From a virus (Duplodnaviria; Caudoviricetes): a DNA stretch of 52,366 nt. The first letter of the stretch is position 1, and each line of letters starts with the position of its first letter. The position numbers and the translations under genes are program-made. The notes beneath the pieces are model-generated. The model was not told where the DNA came from. It searched no databases and saw only the letters and a list, made by a program, of their open reading frames with translations. Below, one piece after another: positions 29,395 to 39,345 of the stretch. The stretch covers positions 1 through 52,366 of the IMG/VR virus record IMGVR_UViG_3300032326_000835; one strand, given 5' to 3'.

Positions 29395-29887
29395 TAGACC
29401 TTATTTAATTAGTAAGCCAAAAAATGTTCCAAGTAAAAAACATAATAGTCCAATAGTAGAGTAGTAATATCTTTTCATATGTTCTTTAATAATATGGCTT
29501 TTTACTTCTTTTGATACTCTATTTAAATCATCTTGATCTACCAATTATTTATCTCCTAAACATTTTGAGATGCCCGAAAAACGGACTGTTGAATAATCTG
29601 CTCTCTTAAAAATGCTTGCTTTCTTTCAAATTTAGACAATTGTGGTTTTGCCTGAACTCTTTTTTTATTTTTATTGGCTCGCTTAATTTTATGCTGAGAA
29701 ACTTTGTTGTTAGTTTGTTTCATTAGATCACTGGCTTTCTGATACTTTGTCACAAGGACAAATGATGGACTCTGGTAGTTCGTGAACTCTGGTTACAATG
29801 GTAATCATGGTTTCACACTCTATGCATTTATAAATTTTCTTTACTCTTTTACTCATATACTAATCATACCACATTAAGGTATGTGTG

Positions 29888-30355
29888 TCAAGATTTGTTT
29901 CCATCCCATGTACCAATCTTAGTAGTAGGAATCCCATGATCTTCCCATAGCCTAATAACATTTGGGTTATCATCTACAGCATGCAAAACATTCCAATGCT
30001 TTTTAATCTGAAGAAGTATGTCTTTCTTTACTTCGTAGTCTGGCCTGTTGTCATCATCTTTACGCATATATAATGCGTGATGTCCAATATCATTCTTAGC
30101 AAGCCACTGAGAGGTTAGGCCACGCCAGTTTTCTTTTCTTGATGTAACAATAATTATATGTTTTTGATCAAAAAAAGCCTGATTTAACATTTCAACTACT
30201 TCAAAATTTGGCAGGGCATCTATAGAAGCCTCATGAAAGGCATCGTAATCCCTATTGGGACCACGAACAAGGTGCAGGTATGGATCTACATTAGCCAGAG
30301 TTCCATCTACATCAAAGATGACTGCTGGCGTTTCAGGGCTAGTTTTGATCAACAT
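29888..30355 (-). CDS. HAD-family phosphatase (polynucleotide kinase 3'-phosphatase-like)
   Basis: FDVDGT, VTSR, VKK, VDD. Confidence 0.85.
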   Translation of the reverse strand: MLIKTSPETPAVIFDVDGTLANVDPYLHLVRGPNRDYDAFHEASIDALPNFEVVEMLNQAFFDQKHIIIVTSRKENWRGLTSQWLAKNDIGHHALYMRKDDDNRPDYEVKKDILLQIKKHWNVLHAVDDNPNVIRLWEDHGIPTTKIGTWDGNKS

Positions 30356-30424
30356 GATATGTCATAACTAGATAGCATGCGATATATCCAACAATCAATG
30401 CTGGTATTAAAAAGAATATACTAA

Positions 30425-30598
30425 TCATTCAAAATCTACCTGTCTTTCAAACCACTTAGTCATGTAATTATCTAAGCCTCTTGCAATAGATGCTGCCTCT
30501 GTACGCATACCTAAAGCATTGGTTACTCCAGGCTCAATAGGAATAGCCTCTATTGCTCTGGCTATTTCCTCTCTTAATGTCATATCATCTATACTCAT
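30425..30598 (-). CDS. small hypothetical protein, leaderless
   Basis: TATAAT-N7-ATG (MSIDDMTLREE). Confidence 0.55.
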   Translation of the reverse strand: MSIDDMTLREEIARAIEAIPIEPGVTNALGMRTEAASIARGLDNYMTKWFERQVDFE

Positions 30599-30629
30599 AT
30601 TTCTATTATACATCCTGTCTCTTTCTGTG

Positions 30630-31637
30630 TCAAGCCTGATCTTTTTTGCTATGTAGGCTATAGAAAAGATCTGCAACATGGTTTTGATAATGAACTCCTG
30701 GATGAGCACGACTTTCATCTTTTTTATAGTTTATTATAGAGTAGTCTGAGCCTTCGTTCCAGTACCTAGTGAATATAAAATCAGACTTATGAGATGATTT
30801 ACAGGTTCTTCTTATGGAAAAATTAAGACTTTCTATTGGATTAATTGGTAAAAGAAATGAAAAATTATTTAATTTAAAATCTTTTATATTTGTTAGTTTT
30901 TCCATTACCAAAGAACTTGCTACATCCCAAGTTGTCCAGTGTAACTTTATATTATTTAACAAGCAAAAGGACTCTAAAATGTAAATAAAGTTTATGGAGT
31001 TTAAAATTAATTGATGTGGAGAAGTTGCGTCTTCTATATATTTTTGATCATCTATTTCCATAAATACAGAGTCAGACTTTGTATCTTTATGTACTTGAGG
31101 ATTAGAAAAGGTTAATCGCAAATGTTCGTTATTGTCAAGTCTTCTTTTTACTTTTGATTTATAAAATTCTTTGTCTACTACAACCATATTTCTAAAAAAA
31201 TCTGGAAACAAGCAAAAAATTTCTTTTGGCATTTTATTATTTAAACAGTATCTAATAATAGTATTACACATAGTTTCTACAGATGCCCCAGGACTTCCTA
31301 GGTTTAAAACATTTTTATTTATCTTATTACCTAAAATATTTGTCCATCTTCCAGATTCTGGAATACCGAGACCAAAAGTTATTGAGCAACCAACTCCAAT
31401 TACATCGGGAGATTCATAGACTTCTCCACGAAAACCAAGACTATTAATTTCATATTCATTATGCTCATCAACTGTTCCCATAAAAGAGTCGCCGTTTGGA
31501 GAATTTGCAACAACACCCTTAGCATATGGAGAATAAAGTCCCATACTTCCACTGTTTGTAAAATATTTTGTAAGGTACCAGTCGGTATTGTTGTTAATTT
31601 CGTAAAATTTTAAAATATCATTTGTGAAATAGGGCAT
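30630..31637 (-). CDS. SGNH/GDSL hydrolase-like protein
   Basis: NSLGFRG, GCSITFG, NLGSPG, HPG. Confidence 0.65.
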   Translation of the reverse strand: MPYFTNDILKFYEINNNTDWYLTKYFTNSGSMGLYSPYAKGVVANSPNGDSFMGTVDEHNEYEINSLGFRGEVYESPDVIGVGCSITFGLGIPESGRWTNILGNKINKNVLNLGSPGASVETMCNTIIRYCLNNKMPKEIFCLFPDFFRNMVVVDKEFYKSKVKRRLDNNEHLRLTFSNPQVHKDTKSDSVFMEIDDQKYIEDATSPHQLILNSINFIYILESFCLLNNIKLHWTTWDVASSLVMEKLTNIKDFKLNNFSFLLPINPIESLNFSIRRTCKSSHKSDFIFTRYWNEGSDYSIINYKKDESRAHPGVHYQNHVADLFYSLHSKKDQA

Positions 31638-31870
31638 AATTAATTATATCACAGGGTATATCAGAAACTATTCTGTATTCTTGTCTTCATTATCTTTTTC
31701 CCAAATCCTTTTACCATCTTTATAAACAGGCCAGTACCCAAGGCTACGCCAGTCCATAGACATTATCTTAGGATCTTTTGGCATTTGTACACCATACATG
31801 CCCATCGCTCATAGTCTGATGAGTTTCCCAATATAAAGGATCTTTAATTGACATACTACAATTTTTGCAC

Positions 31871-32164
31871 TCATTTTTTTTCATTTTTATTATCCCAAAC
31901 TAATTTAGTAAAACTTTTCCAAGACAATAAGTCTGAATCTAATTCTTTCCAATGCTTATATGATTTAATATATACAAGTCCATAGGCTACTGCACTTACA
32001 ATAAACCCATATTGTTTTGTAACTAAGCCATATACAGTCCACAATGTTTAATTAAATAATAAAACAAACCAACCCCACAGAGTCTTCCTACCAACAAAAT
32101 AGATTCCAGATACACCAATAACGGCAAGCACCCAGTGAGCATAGTCATTAATCCATTGTTCCAT
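31871..32164 (-). pseudogene. PnuC/SemiSWEET-like small membrane protein with in-frame TAA
   Basis: ...GWFVLLFN*TLWTVYGLVTKQYGF...; stop at 32048-32050, frame continues. Confidence 0.55.
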
Positions 32165-32204
32165 ATATCTAGTATACCTTAAAGTGACAGTTTAGTCAAA
32201 TTGA

Positions 32205-32747
32205 CTATATAATAATTTTTCTTTCTAACATTTTATTGTAATAGAAATAACACAGACCCATATTAATATCATCTAAAATATTTTTGTTATATGATAATAT
32301 TTTTTTGCTTGATGGTAAATAAGTTTTTTCGTATATATGTGGCATTTTATTAAAATTTTTATAATCTTCTTTTTTTATTTCTAATAGTTCTATAATTTTT
32401 TTAATTACATCATCTGGATGTAATATAAGATCGTTAAAGTCAATAACATAATCTGCATGCTCATATAAAAAATTATTAAGGGTTATATATTCTGACATTA
32501 TTTGATGAAGCCTAATGTTTTGCCAAGATACACGGCTTGAATTATTTATTTCTTCTATTGCTCTGTAAGAAATAATACTATTTTTGGGATCCCTAACGAT
32601 TGTAATTATTTTTCTTGTTTTATTATTATTTTTATCAAACAATAAATCTACTGAATGAGACTTGTCAAAATGAATTCCTTCTTTTTTATAAAGAAGTTCG
32701 TCAAAATAGTGAGACCCACTTCTTGGAAATGTTACCAAATACGGCAT
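32205..32747 (-). CDS. sulfotransferase-like protein
   Basis: TFPRSGSHY (5'-PSB loop), VRDP..S. Confidence 0.7.
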   Translation of the reverse strand: MPYLVTFPRSGSHYFDELLYKKEGIHFDKSHSVDLLFDKNNNKTRKIITIVRDPKNSIISYRAIEEINNSSRVSWQNIRLHQIMSEYITLNNFLYEHADYVIDFNDLILHPDDVIKKIIELLEIKKEDYKNFNKMPHIYEKTYLPSSKKILSYNKNILDDINMGLCYFYYNKMLERKIII

Positions 32748-32892
32748 ATTGTTACGAGATTAATCCCATAGACAAATGGCTAAAGCACACATCAGCAATA
32801 ATATAGTCAGCATGATTTACGACGATATCAAAATGTGTAGCATCTTTTTCGCAAAAGAAGCATTTGGGTTTTTTCATATAAACATTATACCA

Positions 32893-34320
32893 TTAGACAA
32901 AATCAAACCATAGAGGCATTATGTATCTTGATCCATGTGTAGGTGCAACATCATGCCAATAATTCATGTTTCCAGGGTATAGAATTAAATCGCCAGCCTT
33001 TGGTTTAAACGACAAGCCTTGATGGATAAAAGATAGTTCTCCACCATCATAATTATCATTTAAATATACCCAGCCTGCTAAATGGTTTGAATCTTTACGC
33101 CCCATATCATTTATTGGTATTGATTTACTATTGTTGTGTACCCACTGAGCAAAGCGAGAATTTCTTGCTTTTAGTTTTACTCCGTACTCTTTTTCTAATA
33201 AAGCCTGAACTTGAGGAATATACTTTTCTGAATAGGTAAGTGAGTCATAATATAGCAAAGATATAGCAGGCCAGCCAGCATCGTCATTCTGTAGACGACG
33301 ATTATTGCTTGTCTCTGTACTATTTATAAGTTCTATAATATGATCACATTCTTCTTTGCTTAAATAATTATTAAATACCTTTACATTACTAGGATCACTT
33401 CCAATATTGTTAAAGTTTTGTACCGTTAGGTCAGAGTAACCTATGACATTTCCTTCAGGAACGACAATATCATTAAAGTTTTTTACTAATTCTAATAGAC
33501 GACTAATGTCTGCTTGGTCAGTATGAATCATAAAGTCATAAATGCCAAATTTTTCAGATAGGTTTCTTATTTGTGCAACAACATCAATCATTGATCCTTT
33601 TATTAGATGGTGTTGCTGTCTAACTGGTGCATTCTTATCATACTTAACATGCTTTTCATCATCTGGATGATTCATTATAAGTGGGTCAACAATAACTATT
33701 GGTTTTACCTTATCTAGATCAATCTTTTTAAACTGATCTCTAAACAATAGATTATCGTCAACATAAATATATTCACAATGCTTATTTGCTATTCTAATTG
33801 TTGTGTCTGAAGAGCCAACTACAGCCATATGGGTTTTATGTTCATGATTTTTCATTAAAGCCATTACCTTGTCCATCCAGACTTCAGATATGGCAACTCT
33901 TTTTTCAAGAGTATCAATCAGCGCTGGATCGTGCATGTAATGATCTATTACTAACTTTTCAGAATGACCATTACCTTCATCACCCCATCTTCCAGCAACC
34001 ATGTTTACTCCAATTCTTCCAGGAGCAAAACGATTTAAAGTTTCAAGAATCTTTGCAGCATAGTCTGGGCTTACTCCATATGCTGGCAAAGCGATTGTCA
34101 TTATCAGTTGATTTGTTTTTTCTAATGCCTCTTTTATAACTAATGAAAAATCAATCCCCCCTGGACCATATGGGAGCAAAACAGATTTTACATTAGCATC
34201 ATCTAGTTCTTGGGCCATCTTAAGAATTCCATTAAGGTCTAAGTGTTCAATGCTGTCATTTATTTGCCAGTGTCTTCTCCACATCCAGTGAAATGTTATA
34301 GGCTTATTAGTACTATCCAT
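32893..34320 (-). CDS. luciferase-like flavin monooxygenase fused to 2OG-Fe(II) oxygenase domain
   Basis: PDYAAK..TLNRFAPGRIGVNMVAG; C-terminal YLNDNYDGGEL..H..RY. Confidence 0.75.
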   Translation of the reverse strand: MDSTNKPITFHWMWRRHWQINDSIEHLDLNGILKMAQELDDANVKSVLLPYGPGGIDFSLVIKEALEKTNQLIMTIALPAYGVSPDYAAKILETLNRFAPGRIGVNMVAGRWGDEGNGHSEKLVIDHYMHDPALIDTLEKRVAISEVWMDKVMALMKNHEHKTHMAVVGSSDTTIRIANKHCEYIYVDDNLLFRDQFKKIDLDKVKPIVIVDPLIMNHPDDEKHVKYDKNAPVRQQHHLIKGSMIDVVAQIRNLSEKFGIYDFMIHTDQADISRLLELVKNFNDIVVPEGNVIGYSDLTVQNFNNIGSDPSNVKVFNNYLSKEECDHIIELINSTETSNNRRLQNDDAGWPAISLLYYDSLTYSEKYIPQVQALLEKEYGVKLKARNSRFAQWVHNNSKSIPINDMGRKDSNHLAGWVYLNDNYDGGELSFIHQGLSFKPKAGDLILYPGNMNYWHDVAPTHGSRYIMPLWFDFV

Positions 34321-34564
34321 TTTTTATCACTCTTCCTTTTGTTTTAAACCAAGAACCTATCTTGGATTGTGCGACTTTACTTCTAAGAAGTTCACCAAAT
34401 GTTTCATGAGATATTTCTGAACCAAGATACTCTTGTCCAGTTTCAAGATCAATGAGTTTCCACTTCCCTGGCGCTCTTGTATGTAAGATCAAATCAATGG
34501 GATACTCATAATCATTTACTTCAGAACCATCTAAAAGAATTCTTTTTTTTATATTTTCTGTCAT
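34313..34564 (-). CDS. hypothetical protein
   Basis: 83 aa; coupled between the two oxygenase genes. Confidence 0.65.
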   Translation of the reverse strand: MTENIKKRILLDGSEVNDYEYPIDLILHTRAPGKWKLIDLETGQEYLGSEISHETFGELLRSKVAQSKIGSWFKTKGRVIKNG

Positions 34565-34565
34565 A

Positions 34566-35180
34566 TTAAACTATCGTAAACCAAATTGGAAGTGTATACC
34601 TTGTTCCAGACAATACTTCTTTAACCTCATGAGGGTAGTGTAAATTGCCTGGGAAGACAATGAAGTCTCCAATATTAGGCTTTATAGAAACATCATGAAG
34701 TCCAAAACTAATTTCTCCACCTTCATATGAATCATTTAAATAAACCAATACTGGCAGATGATTGTCTGTAACATACCCTAAATCATCAACATGCAACTTT
34801 AGGTATGTTCCTTCTGTCCACTTTACAACACTAAGATGTGGTTCTTTTGCTCTAATTTTTTCTTTTTCAATGCCATATGCTTTACATATTTGCTCTTTAC
34901 ATCGTTCTATTATATTGTTAATATCTTTGACACCACTGTACTGATGCATATATGTTATAGCGTTTCCTTCGTTATCTTTTTGAGACACAAAACTGATACA
35001 ATTTCTATTATCTATGTCCTCCAGCAAGTATTCAATTTCTTTTTTTGTTAAAAAATTAGGGATAACCTTAATATTTTCTGCGGAATTTCCAATCCTATGA
35101 AAAAATTCCATATATGATTCATTTCTTTCTATGCTTGGAGGATCATTTCCAACAGGTATTCCATTAACTATATAGGCCAT
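34566..35180 (-). CDS. prolyl 4-hydroxylase-like 2OG-Fe(II) oxygenase
   Basis: HVD, YLNDSYEGGEI, HEV, RYT; leaderless. Confidence 0.88.
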   Translation of the reverse strand: MAYIVNGIPVGNDPPSIERNESYMEFFHRIGNSAENIKVIPNFLTKKEIEYLLEDIDNRNCISFVSQKDNEGNAITYMHQYSGVKDINNIIERCKEQICKAYGIEKEKIRAKEPHLSVVKWTEGTYLKLHVDDLGYVTDNHLPVLVYLNDSYEGGEISFGLHDVSIKPNIGDFIVFPGNLHYPHEVKEVLSGTRYTLPIWFTIV

Positions 35181-35224
35181 ACAACCATTATACACTATGA
35201 GTGGATTTGAAGTATAATAGGATA

Positions 35225-35539
35225 ATGACCCTACTATATATTTTGTATAGCCCTGCATACCGTGCCATTAAAATAGGTATATCAGATGTCTCAGGCAGAA
35301 GATATGCAAGTCATAGGACTAAGGGATGGATATTGATAAAGTATTGGTGGTTTTCCGAACGGGATAAGGCAAGAGCAATAGAATCCCTAGTAGTACAAAC
35401 ACTTACTAAGAAGCATGGATACTTCTTAGATAAAAAAGATATGCCTCAAGGCGGATACACTGAGACATTTGATGCGTCTAAGATAACTCGAAAAGGCTTG
35501 ATCCGTATGGTCAATAGGGCTATAAAGGACCTGTCGTAA
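35225..35539 (+). CDS. GIY-YIG/T5orf172-like nuclease
   Basis: LYIL..IKIGIS..RR..E..GYTETF. Confidence 0.7.
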   Translation: MTLLYILYSPAYRAIKIGISDVSGRRYASHRTKGWILIKYWWFSERDKARAIESLVVQTLTKKHGYFLDKKDMPQGGYTETFDASKITRKGLIRMVNRAIKDLS

Positions 35540-35542
35540 TCT

Positions 35543-36142
35543 TTACCTTGGTTTTATACATCGAGCAATTGCCTCAGTATAAAACTTATATAAACGAGAC
35601 AGGTCTAACTGCTCTACATACATCTTTATTTCTTCATACTCAGGAGAAACCTTACTAGATACAAGATGGCTGTATTCTGGATATCCTTTTACTGTATTTT
35701 CTTTATAGCCTTTGGTAATTATTGGTAGATTCATAGCATCTGCTACCGCAATGGTGGTTTCAAGAGGATATGTCATTAAGTCCTCATAGTCTATGATGGT
35801 ATGAAATCCTTTGGATACATCTATCTTGTCTACAGCGTCAAAGTATTCTTGTACATCTTTTATTATTTTATTATTTTTAATATCATTAAGAGTCTCATTA
35901 TCTTTGTCATAAAAAGCAGTCATTGCTATCTTTGATGTAACCATATCGACAGGATCTCTTGCTATTGTTATCATTTTGTTATTTTTAGCACTGTGATATT
36001 TTTTAATATATACACCAGTGTGCTGAAGGATTCTGTCTTGAAGATAAAAGGATCCAACTCTAGGTGGTGTGACTATAGAGTATTCTAGGTTTACCTTATC
36101 AAATATCCTAGGTTGATCATTTACTTCTGGCATTTTGGACAC
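35543..36142 (-). CDS. sulfotransferase-like protein
   Basis: TPPRVGSFY, ARDP..S, YEDL. Confidence 0.7.
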   Translation of the reverse strand: MSKMPEVNDQPRIFDKVNLEYSIVTPPRVGSFYLQDRILQHTGVYIKKYHSAKNNKMITIARDPVDMVTSKIAMTAFYDKDNETLNDIKNNKIIKDVQEYFDAVDKIDVSKGFHTIIDYEDLMTYPLETTIAVADAMNLPIITKGYKENTVKGYPEYSHLVSSKVSPEYEEIKMYVEQLDLSRLYKFYTEAIARCIKPR

Positions 36143-36629
36143 TGCTTCGTAATGTCTTTGGTTCCATAGGGTGCCTGATACATACCCCCACAGTTAAAGC
36201 ATAGAACATCTAGCATTTTTTGCCTTTATTACATTTCATTATATAAGTATAGCATGGGCATTAGTTCGGCGAAAAATAGGTTTTAAAGTTCGGCGCAAAG
36301 TAGAGGTAACAAAACCTTTCTATGCCCTAAACGGGCACTATCGGTGAGTAGCCTTCATATGCCTAGATAGAGAATCATGTCCAAATACACCCCATCTTAA
36401 GTCCCACTCTTTCTTACAAATCGGACATATTAATATCCTCATCACTCTCCCAAACGACTAAACATTTTGTACAGGTAATGCCATGCTCTCTCATATACCA
36501 AGTATGATCACACTTCTTCATTGCCTATGTCTTTTCTTGTTGCCATACCTAGCCTTAACCTCAGCCTTAGCCTGATCCACAATAGCGTTCGTAATGTCTT
36601 CAACACTAAACTCTTGATCGAAGGTTTGT

Positions 36630-36836
36630 TCAGTATCCATTTAGGCACTCATTTCTTGTATGGTATAGTCTGATCTTGGTCATTGTCTTTTTGTTCGGGG
36701 CATACAACTCTTCACCACAACAAGCAGTCTTAAGATACCACTCCTTAGCAAAGAAGTCATAAAGCATACCTTTATAGTTCTCATATTTCTTAGCCACAAA
36801 GGTTTGAAATGGGTCTGGTATTTCCATATTGATCAT
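36630..36836 (-). CDS. hypothetical protein
   Basis: TTGACT-N17-TATACT promoter directly upstream. Confidence 0.6.
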   Translation of the reverse strand: MINMEIPDPFQTFVAKKYENYKGMLYDFFAKEWYLKTACCGEELYAPNKKTMTKIRLYHTRNECLNGY

Positions 36837-37136
36837 ACTCTAAGTATAGCGATTTTGGCGGGGGAAGTCAAGAGGCCATCGTAATCCCTAGTATAAGATA
36901 TAAACCCTATTAGGAGATACGCCAGATATATAAGGCTAACGCAGTGCTGAGGATATATGGGATAGCGCAGAAAACAAACATATCCATCATTTGCTCCCTG
37001 GCCAGATAGACTCTTTGATAGCCAATATCATTAACAAACCAGATAGACCCAACATTCCATATATCCAGTATACGAATAAGATGTATGGGTCATTTAGGAT
37101 GTGTTGCATTGTTTTAGTATACCCTGGTTTTATAGT

Positions 37137-37325
37137 CTATACATAGTCTGGATGGTCTAATGGAGTAGGTGCTGTGATAAGACATTTACATTCCATGCAT
37201 TGGGCATCGTCTAATAGATACCCTGCGATCTCATAGGTTTCTTGGTCAAATTGAACTGTTACTCGTAATAAACTTGATCCACAACAAGGACAAACAGGTG
37301 TTGGGATACCTCTGAGATTTACCAT
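37137..37325 (-). CDS. Zn-ribbon protein
   Basis: CPCC..CMEC..APTPLD. Confidence 0.6.
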   Translation of the reverse strand: MVNLRGIPTPVCPCCGSSLLRVTVQFDQETYEIAGYLLDDAQCMECKCLITAPTPLDHPDYV

Positions 37326-37589
37326 AGTTATCCAGTCATACGGATTTGTTGTAGGTATGCCATGTAGTTGAGAAATATGAATAGGCCAAGCATTATGATT
37401 AAGAAAGGTTTCATGGTTTATACATCACATCGTAATATTTATTTGACATAGCAAAGGCTTTCTTCTTGGTTGGCCATTCTTCTGATGAGTATTCTTGTAT
37501 GACAGCATCGTAGTATCTCCATTGGCCAGTAGCAGGATTGATCTCAACTTTTACTTTCATAGTGTTCATATCTCCATCATATCAGATAG

Positions 37590-37819
37590 TTATCCACATG
37601 TCAATACCCATAAAAATGTTAGTTATCCACAGGTTTATCCACAGATTAATCTTACTGATAATATATTTAGACATTCTAATAGTGGAGCGTTGTGGAGGAT
37701 AGTGGAGAATAGAGCGCTACCACAGATGCATCGTAATGTCAAACCGAAAAACCTTCATATCCCCAAACCTTCATAGCGGGGATTTTATCACAAACCTTCA
37801 TATCTGTCAAACCTTCATA
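37590..37819. repeat. origin-like region: DnaA boxes, AT-rich tract, iterons
   Basis: TTATCCACA at 37590, 37623, 37635; GTGGAG x3; AAACCTTCATA at 37749, 37765, 37792, 37809. Confidence 0.6.
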
Positions 37820-37994
37820 TGCATGGTTTGGGCATTATACATCGTAAACGATGGTTTGTCAAGCCCATTTGCTGCAAAAAAATCTCCCAAAACCAGGGAG
37901 AAATTGTCGATAATCGTAATGTTTTTTTAACAAACCTTTATAGAATTTAAAGAAACCAGGACATAATGGTTTGTTATTCTATAGGGGTTATTTG

Positions 37995-38261
37995 TTATAG
38001 GGTTTGGTCTTGATCCCCTGGGGTTTCGCCCTCGGCGAATTGGCCTTCGGCCTGATCACTGAGGTTATAAACTGTTCCCAGTTGCTTACCAATCTTGTTT
38101 GGATCTAGCCCCTCCAAAAAATCGGGGGTAAATGAAAAGAAGTGTTTCAAACCTACAGTATGAGTAACACCTACAAAGGTATTCCATAGGTTATCACTAA
38201 AGGTTTTATATCCTTTGGGATCATTCTTCATATAGTCTGCAAAGTGATGTCTAGGACTCAT
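37995..38261 (-). CDS. hypothetical protein, leaderless
   Basis: TGtTATAAT just before ATG. Confidence 0.5.
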   Translation of the reverse strand: MSPRHHFADYMKNDPKGYKTFSDNLWNTFVGVTHTVGLKHFFSFTPDFLEGLDPNKIGKQLGTVYNLSDQAEGQFAEGETPGDQDQTL

Positions 38262-38450
38262 AATATCATTATAACATGGTTTGACAAACCTTAAAACCTC
38301 TGGTATAAGTTCAGCAGGGGGAAAGTTTTAAGGGTTCGTAATGTCCTGGTTTGGGGATATAAAGGTTTGGATCGTAATGTCTTTTGGAAATGAGGTTTGG
38401 GGTTTGACAATTTGATAAAACTATGTCACGTGCCCTTTCGGGCCAAAAGA

Positions 38451-38711
38451 CTAGTCGTCTTCGAGTAGGTCCTCAATGCTCTCAAACCCTGTGTCCTCAG
38501 TATCCAAACCTTCAATAAATAAATCCCATGTTTCATTTATGTATTGCTCTAGTGTTGGAGTATGATTAATTACTCCCTCGGCAAATGCGAAAGCAAGTGG
38601 CAAACCTAAGTCGTTATAAATAAAGAAATCAATCCACTCATCCTCTGCTTTATAGTTAATCCATAGTTGCCCAAGGATTAGTGCCTTGTTCTCAAATGTT
38701 GTTGCTGGCAT
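38451..38711 (-). CDS. acidic hypothetical protein
   Basis: 86 aa; GAAGGAA RBS. Confidence 0.65.
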   Translation of the reverse strand: MPATTFENKALILGQLWINYKAEDEWIDFFIYNDLGLPLAFAFAEGVINHTPTLEQYINETWDLFIEGLDTEDTGFESIEDLLEDD

Positions 38712-38898
38712 AGTTTGTTCCTTCCTTAGTTTCTTTGGCTGACTCTGCTATTACCTGTAAACGATTATACACTACATAGGGCTGAGATTTTGCCATGTAT
38801 TCCCCGACCAATTCTAAATCCACTCGCAGGTCAGCAATAATGTTACCCATTTTATTGGCAATCTTTTCCTCATCTGTAATTCGTTTGCTTATTCTCAT
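38692..38898 (-). CDS. hypothetical protein
   Basis: 68 aa; GGGAG RBS. Confidence 0.6.
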   Translation of the reverse strand: MRISKRITDEEKIANKMGNIIADLRVDLELVGEYMAKSQPYVVYNRLQVIAESAKETKEGTNYASNNI

Positions 38899-38991
38899 GG
38901 TTCTCCCTTATGTTAATTGTATCAAAAAGTGGGGGAAAGAGCAAGCCCCACGCCTGCCCTTCCCACCCGATTAGCCTAGGTGACCCAATAC

Positions 38992-39345
38992 CTAGACTAG
39001 CGCAGGGCAATAAGCACCCATAAATTTATCAAAGGGCACTGAGACTCTATCAGTAACAGTATTAGTAGTGAAGTCGACTAGGACCGTAAACTCACCTAGT
39101 TCTAAGGACCCACCCTCGTTAGCAATTGCATGGATTCCAAACCCTGTCTCTTCTAGAATGCTATCCTGCATAAGATAACTAATGATCATCCGTGTTCCAT
39201 AGGATGAATCACCTAGTCTAGGTTTTGCATGCTGCAGCGCCATGGCCAGGTCCCGCTGCCATTCAGTCTCTCCCCAGTGGCTGTACAAAACTACCATAGG
39301 CCCCTTGTCAGAGTCCTTGAATACAAAATTAATCCGTGCTCCCAT
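38992..39345 (-). CDS. hypothetical phage protein (LYSHWG motif)
   Basis: TAATG coupling; 117 aa. Confidence 0.65.
   Translation of the reverse strand: MGARINFVFKDSDKGPMVVLYSHWGETEWQRDLAMALQHAKPRLGDSSYGTRMIISYLMQDSILEETGFGIHAIANEGGSLELGEFTVLVDFTTNTVTDRVSVPFDKFMGAYCPALV

Noticed and set aside
32048-32050. Stop-codon reassignment
   Set aside because: Single case; TAA ends many genes normally and no suppressor tRNA was seen
37749-37819. AAACCTTCATA repeats as a mini-CRISPR
   Set aside because: Repeats are 11 bp with 5-16 bp gaps, too short for CRISPR
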